DNA of 63,787 bases, counting the filler, from Basidiobolus ranarum (Eukaryota), in the NCBI GenBank assembly GCA_040143965.1. It is 32 parts of 32 records of this genome, joined end to end, with 100 filler letters (N's around TTAATTAATTAA, not from the genome) between each part and the next. Parts side by side here need not be neighbours in the genome. Positions count along the whole stretch, not along the records: positions 12,016 to 13,916 come from JASJQH010010998.1; positions 14,017 to 15,916 come from JASJQH010010999.1; positions 16,017 to 17,916 come from JASJQH010011000.1; positions 18,017 to 19,916 come from JASJQH010011001.1; positions 20,017 to 21,915 come from JASJQH010011002.1; positions 22,016 to 23,914 come from JASJQH010011003.1; positions 24,015 to 25,912 come from JASJQH010011004.1; 25 more parts are not named here. One strand, 5' to 3'. The notes below the pieces were generated by a model. That model was not told the origin of the DNA, did not search any database, and saw only the letters and a program-made list of their open reading frames with translations. The position numbers and the translations under genes are program-made. Shown here one piece after another: positions 12,781 to 25,150 of this stretch (position 1 is the first letter of the stretch; every line of letters begins with the position of its first letter).

Positions 12781-12884
12781 TAGGACAAAATGTCATGTAA
12801 GAAATAATAAACCATAATCCATTACCTTTATTTTAGATTATTGCCTAAATACAATGTTAAGAAAAGTAGACCAAGAGCTTTACA

Positions 12885-13271
12885 TTAGCAATGACCATGT
12901 CTGCAGCGTCTTCGATGACAACTACTATACTTAGACCCTTCAGAGTCTGGAGATTCTGGTGTCTCTTCCGGTTCCAATTCGTGCGGAGGCTGGGATGGCT
13001 GATACAAGGTTTGATCAATACGCTGGACTTGATCGAATTGATTTGAATTAGCGAGAGTGTGGCCTGCTTGTCCCGAGTTCCCTTGAACTTGATCTAACAA
13101 AGCTTGTTGCGGTAGGGATCCGACTAGATTGTTCACCAACTGTGAAGGATTTTCTGCAAAATTTGTTATCGTATTTGCGCCATTATCTTCCGAAGCCTGT
13201 GGAGAATAATTTTCTGACCCTATATCTTCAGTGGGTTGTGTTTGGGTGTCCCCTTCGGAATTTGGTGGCAT
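12885..13271 (-). CDS. Low-complexity Q/S/E/P-rich protein, probable last exon
   Basis: 128-aa ORF with CpG retained; no recognisable domain. Confidence 0.45.
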   Translation of the reverse strand: MPPNSEGDTQTQPTEDIGSENYSPQASEDNGANTITNFAENPSQLVNNLVGSLPQQALLDQVQGNSGQAGHTLANSNQFDQVQRIDQTLYQPSQPPHELEPEETPESPDSEGSKYSSCHRRRCRHGHC

Positions 13272-14185
13272 AGCATCCTGTTCCGTTGGGATATTACTCT
13301 CCTCATCTGTCCCTGAATCTGAGCATTGTTTGACAGATTTTACTTCGTTGCCTTTGACCTCAAAGCTAGGACCAGACTAATATTTGACATTGGAATTCGT
13401 TTGTCCCTGGGTGTTAGCGTCATTTAAAGTATCATGTTTTCTGGTTGTACACCTGTTTAAGTAGGGGGAAGAGTTCAGGCTTACTTTCGGACGCTTCTAG
13501 CTGCTCAACAGGCAATACTTGGTCTTGGCCATACCCATTGGATTGATGTGTTTGCATTAACGATTCAAAGGAACACTTTCAACAGCTCCAGTTAGGTTAA
13601 CAAGTACGACTGATGCAAAGAGAGGGTTGAATACATGACTGTATATGGAGATAAAGTGTCATGTCTATTTACTCCAGCTGTTGTCTTTATATCTAATTTA
13701 GCCGTCAAGTAATGATCACTAATTCAACTTGTATTTAACTAGTTAATTAATCAGACTCTATCAATACTATTAATATTAGATATAAGCAAGGCTCTATTAA
13801 TAGGTTTACTAGTAATAAATACAAATTCGAGAGTATGACCCAACTGAACTGTTCACGTAGTGTTTATCTTCATTAGGATTCAATACACAAGGCAATAAAG
13901 TATTTGTCACGCTTTANNNNNNNNNNNNNNNNNNNNNNNNNNNNNNNNNNNNNNNNNNNNTTAATTAATTAANNNNNNNNNNNNNNNNNNNNNNNNNNNN
14001 NNNNNNNNNNNNNNNNCTAAAATGGGGGGGCCAAGAATAAAAAAAGGAAAGTTAATTAACGAAAGTTGCCCCGCAACCAAACCCACTGTGTTGGTTGCCA
14101 TTAGTGTGTCTCAGGTAGATATTTTCGGGGTATATTTCCATTAATCTCGATTTACTAAAAATCTTGACTTGTCACTTTATTATAG

Positions 14186-15124
14186 ATTGGATTTGTTTGT
14201 GGATCCAGCATCTTCATTGCGGAAAATTTGCAACAGGTTGTGCAAGATATTTCTCATAATCTGTTAACTCTCTCGACACCACAGATATTATTCTTCACCG
14301 GGATCTTTTTGTCTCCACTGATTCTTATTCGTAACATCGCTCGGCTTTCTTTCGTTGCAGTCATTTCAAGTGTACTATTTCTCACTGGATTGGTAGCGCT
14401 GATTTATTTCGACGTGAAATCATTGTTTTACAGCTCACCTTCAGAAGGAATCAATTTTACGCCGGGGCCTAATATTACTTACTATTTCAATCCCGTTTCC
14501 TATTCGGTGTTTATCGGAACGGCAGTATATTCATTTGAGGGAATAGGGTTGATTATTCCTATATATGACGCTATGGCAAAACCTCAGTACTTCCCGCATG
14601 TTCTCACTGCAGTAATGGCGGTAGTAGCTTTAGTGTTCTCGTTAGTGGGAGGTCTGGGGTATTTTGCTTTTGGGTCCAAAGTTCAAACTGTGGCACTACT
14701 TAATCTTCCTAATGGGCCAGTCGTTCATACCATCCGTATGGCCTATACTATAGCAGCGGCACTCTCCAACGCGCTTACCATATTCCCGGCGGTTAGGATT
14801 ATTGAGAATGCAGTTTTCAAGCAGAAAACCGGAAAACTCAACCTTGCAATCAAATGGCAAAAGAATCTTCTAAGAGTGGGTATCGTTGTATTAACCATGT
14901 TTATAGCGATGTTTGGTGCCAACGATTTAGACAAATTCATTAGTCTAATAGGGTCTATATGTTGTACTCCCCTTTCGTTAATTTTTCCTTCCTTATTTCA
15001 CTATCGTGCGATCGCCACTACTAAGCGACAGAAAATGATTGATATAAGTTTGGCTTGCTTTGGTACATTTATTATGTTGTTTACTGTATGGACCACTGCT
15101 AGCCAATGGGGTACACCTACTTAG
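14186..15124 (+). CDS. Amino acid transporter (Aa_trans; AVT3/AVT4-like), 3' part
   Basis: SQ/IGF splice junction, FIGTAVYSFEGIGLIIPI, FISLIGSICCTPLSLIFPSLFHY; multiple TM segments. Confidence 0.92.
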   Translation: MGFVCGSSIFIAENLQQVVQDISHNLLTLSTPQILFFTGIFLSPLILIRNIARLSFVAVISSVLFLTGLVALIYFDVKSLFYSSPSEGINFTPGPNITYYFNPVSYSVFIGTAVYSFEGIGLIIPIYDAMAKPQYFPHVLTAVMAVVALVFSLVGGLGYFAFGSKVQTVALLNLPNGPVVHTIRMAYTIAAALSNALTIFPAVRIIENAVFKQKTGKLNLAIKWQKNLLRVGIVVLTMFIAMFGANDLDKFISLIGSICCTPLSLIFPSLFHYRAIATTKRQKMIDISLACFGTFIMLFTVWTTASQWGTPT

Positions 15125-16284
15125 AGATAATGCAGTATTGAAGTTGGTTCACACTACGGTTTGGCATTTTTGTTATCAAGTTTTGCGAATAAAAATGGAC
15201 ATTTTATACAAAAAATATCTACATCCAAGTGATCTTCTTTTTCGCTGGAAAGAAGCAAGTACGCTGGGCATAAAATCTCTATTGCACTAATCGAATTTCT
15301 AAACAGCTTCTCGTAAGTTCACATTACCAAGTAGAAACGGACTTGTGTCTCAGACACTAGTAGATTGGATCAGATAGTCCGGGAACATTTAGATCCGAAA
15401 TATATATATCAGATCGCTTTCCACCAATAATCCAGCTCTAATAGATATATTCCAAATAACCTGGCATTAAATATTCTAGTATAAATCTGGAATCCGAATC
15501 TGACCGAATGATATATTACTGATGACAGAAGATAGATAATCTCCAAGTCAGTTCAATCCCGTTTCAGATCAACCTTAATACAGGATCATCTCCAGTAATA
15601 GTTAGCATACTCCTATCCAGATCAGAGTTTTACTTAGAATCATTTATCAACTTACTGAATGTAATACAGAGCTTAAAGTTGCTGCATTGTTTATCTCCAT
15701 TTTGAGGTGGATAATCGGTAGATTTGTCATATTATTATTCTTTTTTGTTGTCAATATTAGGGATTGTATTCGGGATTTCAATGATTTAAGAGTGAAGCAA
15801 TACTCTTTCCCATTGATTCTCGCGCACATTATATCGGGTATCTCCATCTAAATCAAACCAGTTGTTTCTAGGTTTAGCAACTGGCCTACATATCACTTCG
15901 TTCTCATACGCCCATTNNNNNNNNNNNNNNNNNNNNNNNNNNNNNNNNNNNNNNNNNNNNTTAATTAATTAANNNNNNNNNNNNNNNNNNNNNNNNNNNN
16001 NNNNNNNNNNNNNNNNGTGAGTAACCAATCACAAATTGGGAATGATTGAAACACAGGGTTAGCGTTTTCCATCATCCGAAACAGTGATTTCTAATCTATG
16101 GGTGAAGGAACTATCCCTTGAACGGAAAACTGCACATAAATCTACAAGTCTGGCAGAAGATGGCATATAGAGGACAATCTTCTCTTGGGAGAACATAATT
16201 CTCGCAGGTGGATCTCCATGAGATTTAGATAAATATACGAGGGACATCTCTTGGATGACGTATCATTTACTTGACTTCCATAGC

Positions 16285-16734
16285 ATGAGATATTCCTACA
16301 TTCCTATTTGTATCCTGGCTTTGATCGCGCTATTCTTCCATGGGGTTGGAGCGGCTTGTAATGCCCAAGTGACATTTGATGCTTGCATAGAGCGTGGCAA
16401 ACAATATACCGCTTTGTGTTCAGACAACGATTGGCCATGTAAATGTCAACGACAGAAGGATATTTTGAATTGTTATAATTTATGTCCAGAAGATAAAGCG
16501 GTACAGGCACAAGGGGAGATTCAAAAGACGGTGGTGAATGCCGATTGTATTAGGATCACTACCTCTACCAATGGACCAACTGCCACTCTAAATCCTACTG
16601 CATCGTTGACTTCTACCCACCAACCAACTCAGTCTGGTGTTAATGATCCTTCTCGTCCCAACGATGCCCAACAAATTCCGATCATCACTGGTTACTCCGT
16701 GCTGTTCATAGTTGGATTAAACTACTTATTATAG
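16285..16734 (+). CDS. Secreted Cys-rich, Ser/Thr-rich, probably GPI-anchored cell-surface protein
   Basis: N-terminal signal peptide, 8-Cys domain, Thr-rich linker, hydrophobic C-terminus. Confidence 0.8.
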   Translation: MRYSYIPICILALIALFFHGVGAACNAQVTFDACIERGKQYTALCSDNDWPCKCQRQKDILNCYNLCPEDKAVQAQGEIQKTVVNADCIRITTSTNGPTATLNPTASLTSTHQPTQSGVNDPSRPNDAQQIPIITGYSVLFIVGLNYLL

Positions 16735-17088
16735 CAAGTCATTGCACCATAAACCAATCCATAATAAAACATTCCATAATAGAAAATCCTTTCATTCAAC
16801 TTGGAAACCAGGGGGATTCATTTGGTGGTATAAGTGGCATTTTCAATATCTAAGACAAGTAACAACTTTCAAGTTAATCACACGAGTCCAATATGAACTC
16901 GAAGCTAAATACCCTAATTCAAGACAAGATTGTCCAATTTGAAAATATTTCAACTATAGATGCAGACGAGGAAAGAGTTCTAGGTACTTACTCAGTTTTA
17001 GTAACCTATTTGAAGTGAGAAGGGTGTCAAGGAGAACGTTGACCACAACCATCTATATTCTCTATCCTTACTGTACTTTATTTTTTAG

Positions 17089-17916
17089 CTAAAGAGATAA
17101 AAAAGGTGGCTAAAGAGGTGGAGGATATGTTTCAACCTGGCCTAGAGAAAGGGGAGCCGGTGGCCTTGTTAAAAGAAAAATATTTTACTTTGGTATGAAT
17201 ACGAGATTTCTTTCAATATCCAACTTGGTGTGAAGAATCGCAAACTTTATCTCTCCCTCCAATGAAACTCGAACTAAATACCTCCACACATCCTTACCTA
17301 TATTCTTTCCCTCTTTAAATTTTAGTTTCAAGAAAAATCTCGGTTAGAACTTAGTACAGCTAAACTTCAGCGTAAAACGGATCAACTCTTACGTGAACAC
17401 GAAATCTGTAAGTTAAAGGGCAAGGAACTGATGCTATCTCTCAAACTAAGTTAAGAAAACTATGTTTAACCTGGGATATTTTTTTCTCAACCAACTATTT
17501 TAGTGAAAACCGAAACCAAAAAAGCGAACGAAATGAAAAGTAAACTTGAAAATTTATGTAGAGAATTACAACGAGAGAATAAACGAGTCAAAGTAGAGTG
17601 AAAATCCCTTATTTGAATTGTACTACTTCGAGTTTATTAAACTTCTTCTTTTCAAAAGGAAGAGAGTTTACGTATCGCCCATGAAGAGCAGAAAAAACGA
17701 GAGGAAATTTCGGGGAAATTCGAAAAGGCAATTGAGGATATCAGAGTAAAGATGGATTTGGATTCGGAAGAGAATAACAAGCGTGCGGAGGATAATGATA
17801 TGTAGGTATTGAAATGCTTCAGCACTTTATTGTCCACTAAAATTCCATCATTTAACAGTTTGAATGAGCAGTGCAAAATTTTCTTGGAGCAGTATGAGCT
17901 TAGTGAACAACAGCAC
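17089..17916 (+). CDS. Taxilin-family coiled-coil protein (multi-exon, partial)
   Basis: Spliced exons give KSKLENLCRELQRENKRVK / EEQKKREEISGKFEKAIEDI / FLEQYELSEQQH. Confidence 0.8.
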
Positions 17917-18016
17917 NNNNNNNNNNNNNNNNNNNNNNNNNNNNNNNNNNNNNNNNNNNNTTAATTAATTAANNNNNNNNNNNNNNNNNNNNNNNNNNNN
18001 NNNNNNNNNNNNNNNN

Positions 18017-19061
18017 CAGACATGGTATATTGATTCTGGAGCTTCCCAACATTTCACAAATGAAAAACATAGGTTTGTGGAATATGAAGAAATTCCAATT
18101 AGAAAGGTTTTCATGGGAGATGACTGCACATTGGATGCTATTGAAATGGGAACAATTCAAGTCTATTCAACTGGAGCTTCTGAAGAGAAAGTATTTACTT
18201 TTAAGGATATACTACATGTTCCAGATATTGCCAAGAATTCAATATCTATATGCAAAAGGCCACCTCAGAAGTGCTAAAATTCAATCTTCATAAGTGAGGA
18301 TGCATCATCACCAAACAAAATGGAAATTACTGAACTTTGGGGGAAAAGGATCAGAACTAATACAAGATTACACATAATCCAAGAGGTTTATGTGTAAATA
18401 TCTGTTATTCAAATCAAGAAACTATTTAATTATGGCATAAGAGATTTGACCATATTGGAATTGATCATTTGAGCAAAATGAATAAAAATTGCCCAATTTC
18501 TGGAATTCAAATTAACCCCCCAACCAAACTGGAAATTTGTGAGGGTTGTATATATAGAAAACAAGCCAGGCAACTGTTCAAGAGCTTTGGTTTAATCAAA
18601 TCTGTCAAAAAAATGAATCTAATTCATTCAGATTTGTGTGGACCTATGCAAAGTTTATCATGAGGCAGAACAAGATATTTAATCACATTTATTGATGCTT
18701 ATACAAGATACACCTGGGTCTACTTTATGGAAAGAGAAGAAGAACTCTCTCTATAATTAGATATTTTAAAACTCTTGAGGAGACTGACACTGGACCTAAA
18801 ACCAACAAAATATATACTGATAATGGTGGAGAATATACTTCAACACTATTTAAGCACTTTTGCAAAGTTCATGGAATTAAGGAAGAAACTACTGCCCCCT
18901 ATTCATCACAACAAAATTTAGTTGCAGAAAGAGCTAACAGGACTATGACTGAAATGGCAAGATCTATCATCAATGCACAAATTTTATTTTGTAACTGTTG
19001 GGCAGAATTTGTTGCTACAGCTGTATATCTGAAGAATAGGAGCTTTAGTAGAAGTCTGTCT
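18017..19061 (+). mobile_element. Copia protease-integrase, degenerate
   Basis: WYIDSGASQH, LWHKR, CEGC, LIHSDLCGPMQ, FIDAYTRYTWVY, TDNGGEY, VAERANRT. Confidence 0.9.
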
Positions 19062-19386
19062 TGTTAAAATATTTGGGGGCCTGTTGGAAGTAGTTTGGAA
19101 AATTAGAGGAATTAGTTGTTTTCACTTGTTGATTTATAGTCTTTTCAAGATGTAAGCAAACACATGTGTAGAATGTGTTAAGGAAGGTCACAGGAACATG
19201 TGTGCAAAGTTTGGGTTTCTAGCACAAGTTTGAAAAATCTATATATCTGAGAACCTCTAAGTTGGTGTTAATATTATAAGTAAATTCTAATTGAGAATAA
19301 TTGATAAAATCTTGGTGAATTATAAGATAAATAAGTACTAAGTTATATATGACTATATAGATGTTTAGGCAATGTTAATTTCAGCA
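19062..19386 (-). mobile_element. Copia 3' LTR with PPT (19387-19398), inserted antisense into another Copia integrase
   Basis: Homologous to 6685-7026; GTTGAGAGAGAG PPT on minus strand. Confidence 0.88.
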
Positions 19387-19399
19387 CTCTCTCTCAACT

Positions 19400-19916
19400 A
19401 AATAGTCATATAAACTAATCCTAATAAAGGTCTAAATTTCTCAAATTTCTGTTTAGCTAATGGTTTGGTTAATTTATCAGCAATCATGTCTTCTATAGAA
19501 CAATAAGTTAAGTCAATAAGCTTATTCTCCATAGTCTCTCTAATGAAGTGATGCTTGATATCAATATGTTTGCTTCTATTGTGAAATGTGGGATTTTTAG
19601 CTAATTTGATATGACTTTGATTCTCTTAAAATATGGTAGTTGGTGAATTTTGAGAATAACCTAAATCTGCAAAGAGTTTTCTGAACCATATTGCTTCTTT
19701 GGTTGCTTCACAGGCAGCCATGTATTCAGCTTTTGTTGTTGGAAGTGCTATGGTAGGTTGTTTCTTTGAATTCCAAGAAATAGCTCCATTGCAGCTACAA
19801 AAAAAGTATCCAGTTGTAGATCTCCTGTCTCCAATATATCTTCCCCAATTTGCATATGAATATCCCATCAGATCAAAGTTTGATCCAGATCATGTGTATT
19901 TTAAGCACAGCTCTAT
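19400..19916 (-). mobile_element. Copia RNase H, degenerate
   Basis: GDRRSTTGY, ISWNSKKQPTIAL.TTKAEYMAACEA, SKHIDIKHHFIRE. Confidence 0.92.
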
Positions 19917-20016
19917 NNNNNNNNNNNNNNNNNNNNNNNNNNNNNNNNNNNNNNNNNNNNTTAATTAATTAANNNNNNNNNNNNNNNNNNNNNNNNNNNN
20001 NNNNNNNNNNNNNNNN

Positions 20017-20154
20017 TCACTCCTGAAACTGAAAAAATTGATTAAAATCAAATCTAACTTGACGATTTTATGACGGTAAGTAAACGGTCAATCCCAAATG
20101 GATTAAAATTGTGACGGTTTTCCTACGATAACAATCCTCAAATTTCTGTTAGGG
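20017..20154 (+). mobile_element. CCCTAAC element right end, least mutated copy
   Basis: Retains CpGs (GACGATTTTATGACGGTAAGTAAACGG...GTGACGG...CTACGAT) and ends TTTCTGTTAGGG. Confidence 0.88.
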
Positions 20155-21249
20155 AGATACAATGATATTAGCTTTAATAAATTATTCATACATCTGAACC
20201 CCATTAGATAACCATTCAAATACCACAATCAAATGCTCCAAGAAGCTGTCTATAAGCACTGGTCATTTAGGTCCAGATATAAAGGAGAGTATCAAAATAT
20301 TATGACTCTGATACCATTCAGAAGGAGGAGTCTTGTCCTGTGTCATGGTCAGCACCTAAGTGCTATCCTGCTTTCTAGCCTCTTGTCATTTCTTTGGTCC
20401 TTGTCCAGTTCCTTATTGTTACACTCATCCAATTAGATGCTTATACAATTGAGTACATCATTGGTTAATCTGATAATGATACATTGAGTGATCCTGATCA
20501 AGACTATCCTACTATTGATCAATCCATTGCTGAGTGCTCTGATTTGCCAAGGGTGGGCTAAAACTACTGGTGTTCTGTAATGCAGAACCATTGGACTCAA
20601 TTGTAGATCAGTATATTTTAGGAGTGAGAGATACATGATCAGCCTATAAACATGCAAATGCCTTGATTTTACTTTTGATTGGGTAAGTTACAGTATAAAT
20701 TATTTATGGCTACTTATTCAATAATTAGCAAGTTAGAAACTGGGGGATAAACTTCCATTATCAATTACCAAAATCTCAGTTTGGCAATATTAAATTGGTT
20801 AACTTGGTATGGGCTGGCACAATATTTCCAAAAAAACACTGTGTCCAATGGTAGTGGGATAGTGTCATATTGTTCAATAAAATTTCTGATTGTGTCATAT
20901 AGGGCCTGGCCATTGTAACACACAGATTGTGCCATATAGTGTCTCAGCATGCTGGATTGAGCAATCCAATCTGAGCAGGTTCCCTGGAACAAGCCTAATC
21001 CATTGGGTTAAGAAGACTCTGGAGTATATCAACCTTCCAATACAGGGCTCTTTTTGGTGTACTCATTGATTTTGGTATTGTTTAAGCACAACAATGGCAA
21101 TAAAACCCACTTGATGGACACAGAGTAAGTTTCTCTTTAATTCTGTTTATTTTGTTCATGTGATAATGTAATGGTATTTCTTGGAAAGCTGCATGTCTGA
21201 CTTCTTAGTGAGATAGATGGAGATATGCAGTATTATTGTTTTAGCCATG

Positions 21250-21675
21250 TGTCATGATTCTGATCTTGAAATACTGATCCGCTACAAATAGAACTTCTCT
21301 ATTATTGGATTATGACATCATATCTGCTGTGCCATCCCTTCTTGGCAATCTGGTGTCAGTTCATCCAGATTACCTTATGTGGAAATCAGGTTCTTTGGAA
21401 CATTCCATGAAGCCTAACCAATCATGTTATCTCACACATGGTGTATTTCCACCAAGACCTTCCATGGAAGGTCACCTGATCATCCTTACATCATCCCTCT
21501 TTGTATTAGTCCTTGTAGTCCCTAACACCCCAACTCTCAAACTTGCCACAGTATATTCCCTATTCAGTATATTATGTTTCATCTTGCAATATCTATATAA
21601 GCCCCATATATTCCTTGATCAGACTGAGGTCTGATCAACACCAGTTATCAATAAAGATTCTTGCCAAAGTATCTT
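21250..21675 (+). mobile_element. Gypsy LTR (3' end deleted)
   Basis: TGTCATGATTCTGATCTTG start; aligns with 41375-41810. Confidence 0.85.
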
Positions 21676-21689
21676 TGCAGTCATACAAA

Positions 21690-21915
21690 TCATTAAAGCT
21701 GCCCATTACACTCCTGCTTCCAAACTACAAGTCAATAAAAACAACTGCACTTCTTGATTCAGGTGCTTCCTCCGGTTTTATTGACTCTGCCTTTGTAAAA
21801 TCGCACTCTATCCCAACAATCAAGAAATCTAGTCCAGTCCTTGTAGAAGTAATTGATGGAAGGCTGCTATCATCAGGTGCTGTGACACATGAGACAACCT
21901 TTATGACACTCATGT
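21690..21915 (+). mobile_element. Gypsy aspartic protease
   Basis: TTALLDSGASSGFIDSAFV...VEVIDGRLL. Confidence 0.88.
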
Positions 21916-22015
21916 NNNNNNNNNNNNNNNNNNNNNNNNNNNNNNNNNNNNNNNNNNNNTTAATTAATTAANNNNNNNNNNNNNNNNNNNNNNNNNNNNN
22001 NNNNNNNNNNNNNNN

Positions 22016-22612
22016 TTCATGTTTGCATACTGGTAGTAAGTTTACAGATGAGGATAAAAAAGGGGTTGTTGAGGGTGAAGAGCTTGACTTCATGGCATCA
22101 TCTACCTGAAGGTGTGAAGATTTGATTCTTGTATGGCGACTCGACGTACGTTGAATGAGATGAAGAGAATTCAGTTCACCTCGGTTGAAATGTTGATGAG
22201 AATAGATTACTGCTGAAGTACCCTGACTCCGCTTAGCTCGTCGCCAATCAGAAACGCGATAGAAGCCATATATCTATTCGAAAGGTTAACAACTTGTATT
22301 ATTATCAACAACCTAAATCACCTCGTTCTACATTTAATTGGCGAGAAAATGAAGTAAACTTATTGGTTTCGTAGTATTGAGGAAGCACAATTGAGGCAAA
22401 ATTGATGGGATCTTTAATGACAAATCTGGTCCCTGACTGCTCCCAAGCTATCATATCAGAATAGCTTTGCTCTGAAAGTATCCTAGACAAAGAAGCCAAT
22501 TAGTCAGCAAACAGCATAGAAAAGAAGAAACATGGCAAGAGAGCTACTTGTAAAGGTTTAGCACAAATGGGGGTATGCGAATATTAAGTTTGCCTGTATA
22601 TCTCTCCAACAT
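22016..22612 (-). CDS. HSF-type DNA-binding domain transcription factor, 5' part (2 introns)
   Basis: PPFVLNLY/KIL...IAWEQSGTRFVI...VLPQYYETNKFTSFSRQLN/IYGFYRV...YSHQHFNRG. Confidence 0.88.
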
Positions 22613-24309
22613 ATTGTTTAATGCTATATGTCACATATGCCCGGTCCTTATATAGACTGATGGAAAGGGTGGAAATAATCATATTCTATAGTACCATTGC
22701 ATTATGGCATGTGCTTTAGTTCTGGATCGTTCGGTTGTGACTGCATCAACCATATAATGATTAGGATATAGTTGAAGATTATTTTGGCTGGTGACCAATC
22801 ATGACCGAACCGATCGGCATAATGCCGGAACAAATTTTGCTTCACTGGTAGGATTATTGATCTCTTGCCTATTCATCCTAATCTTCACAATGTTATTTGA
22901 TGTGGAAACGGCATTAGGGCTATACCACTCAAAGTATTTGGTAAGCCAATACCACAGATCTATAGCAGTCCACTGATGGTCATCATCTTCAGCAAAGGTA
23001 CGGCCTGAGCTTTGATACATTGAGCTACGGGGAATTTGGTGGATCACAAGACACATTACTCTTGTCAAGAAGTTGGTAAACACGGACGTAGTCGCTACTC
23101 ATGATACTTTTAAGAGTAACTTTTAAATGTCAGATTCGAATACTTTTAAGGGAACTTTTCAAGGTTTGATTCGAATCTCGAAATCTAACTAGCTTACATA
23201 CTGAAATTCATAAACGATAAGTCTTTGAGCAGTTTTGGAGAGTGAATCAGGTCCAATAATTGCAGCATATATTCTTAAGATAATGTATCCTTCAGCTCCA
23301 GGTACATATTCTAATGAGTATGTTTGGTAGCCCCTTCGTTTATAAGCATTTGGAGGAGTGGATGTTACACAAAAAGGCATTATAATATATATCTAAGATA
23401 TGGATTACCATCAATGAATCGCTACTTTTTACCCTAATCCAATAATTTTACATTCAGGCAAATTGAAACAATTGACCGAAATTTTACCCGACTTCTTAAT
23501 GTTGCTATTATGACCTCAATCTTAAATATATCTAGATATTTTTCTAACTAGAGATTGAATTTATAAGAATTTTGTTATAGTTTTGTCTGCATAATAGTTT
23601 GTATAATTATAACACATCACTAGAAATAGTACCAAATTGATTGGTGATCAATCGCTATATAACAATCGGTTTGGTAGAGATTCTAAATGCGAAATCAATC
23701 ATGACACTGATATCGAAATCACATGCCACTTTAATTATGTAAAACTAAGGTAGTATTATTTTGGAAGCGCAATAGATGGGATGTTTAATGATAAACAGAA
23801 CTGTCCGAATAACAGTCAAACTTCATTTGCTAGAAATAAACATGAAGGTTGGAGAAATAGAGGTTGTTAAGGGATTTACATTCAGTGTTGTGAAAGGTGT
23901 GCTAAACTCAACATNNNNNNNNNNNNNNNNNNNNNNNNNNNNNNNNNNNNNNNNNNNNTTAATTAATTAANNNNNNNNNNNNNNNNNNNNNNNNNNNNNN
24001 NNNNNNNNNNNNNNAAGTTATTAAAGAAGTAAACACTTTATTCTCTGATCGGGTATTATTTAAACGTAAGAATGTATGACGCTTCATGATAATTTGGTGA
24101 TATTTTCATCAATACATTCCAAAGTTAACTAAATATTATTCTCTCATTCAAATATGATTGTTCTTTTTCAATGAAGAGTAGTCTATTTTATATTGATAGG
24201 CCGTTACTTTAGGATAAGCTTTCTGATTGTGTTGAAACATGATATTTATTATTGATATCCAAGATATACTTGGTATTATTTAGAATTGAGTGTTCTTTTG
24301 TAAATATTG

Positions 24310-25150
24310 TACAAGAACAATCTCGTGAACGTTAGCTTTGTCAATCTTAGAATCACGAAGAACCTTTTCAACATGATCCATAGTAGAACGGAATAAGTCT
24401 TGGCAAAGTTCCTCAATCTGACAAGGGCCAAGGAGGTGTATAAATCAACACCTTCGAATAGGGAGTCAATTTCGATGGAAGTTTGAGCGGCAGATCAGAG
24501 AGTTCTCTTGGCACGTTTGCAAGCAGTTCTGAGAGCACGGAGAGCACGAGGATTGCTAGATAAATCCTTCTTGTTCTTACGTTTAAGCTCTTGTGCAAAG
24601 TGGTTAACAAGACGGTTGTCGAAATCTTCTCCACCCAAGTGAGTATAATCAGCAGTGGCTTTGAATTAGAGAATACCATCCTCAACGGTCAAGAGAAAGA
24701 CATCAAAGGTGCCACCACCAAGGTCGAAGATGAGAACATTTTTCTCTCCACTGGATTTTTGATCAAGGCCATAAGCAATGGTAGCGGCGGTGGGCTCATT
24801 AATGATACGGAGAACATTCATACCAGCGATAGCACCAGCATCCTTAGTGGCTTGACTTTGAGAGTCATTATGGTAGGCTGGAATAGTAACAATAGCGTTC
24901 TTGACTTCAGTGCCGAGATAAACTTCGGCAGTATCTTTCATCTTTAACAAAATCATGGAGGAGGTTTCTTCAGGGGCGAAAGTTTTAGTTTCCCCGTTGT
25001 ACTCGACTTGGATTAAAGGTTTGGTATCTTTGTCGACAACCTTGAAAGACCAGTGCTTCATATCGGATTGGACTTCTGAATCGTTTGGCATCGAAGACAC
25101 TGTTGGTGGGGTTCATAGCGACTTGATTTTTGGCAGCATCACCAATGAGA
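24310..25150 (-). pseudogene. Cytosolic HSP70 pseudogene fragment (ATPase domain)
   Basis: [49 protein letters not shown]; premature stop at about 24666, deletion, frameshift, truncated both ends. Confidence 0.92.

Noticed and set aside
21305-21634. ORFs within the Gypsy LTR (also 5539-5832 and 41672-41883)
   Set aside because: Lie in LTR sequence with frames not consistently open between copies; no domain evidence
24591-24947. 118-aa plus-strand ORF
   Set aside because: Antisense frame of HSP70, a well-known shadow ORF
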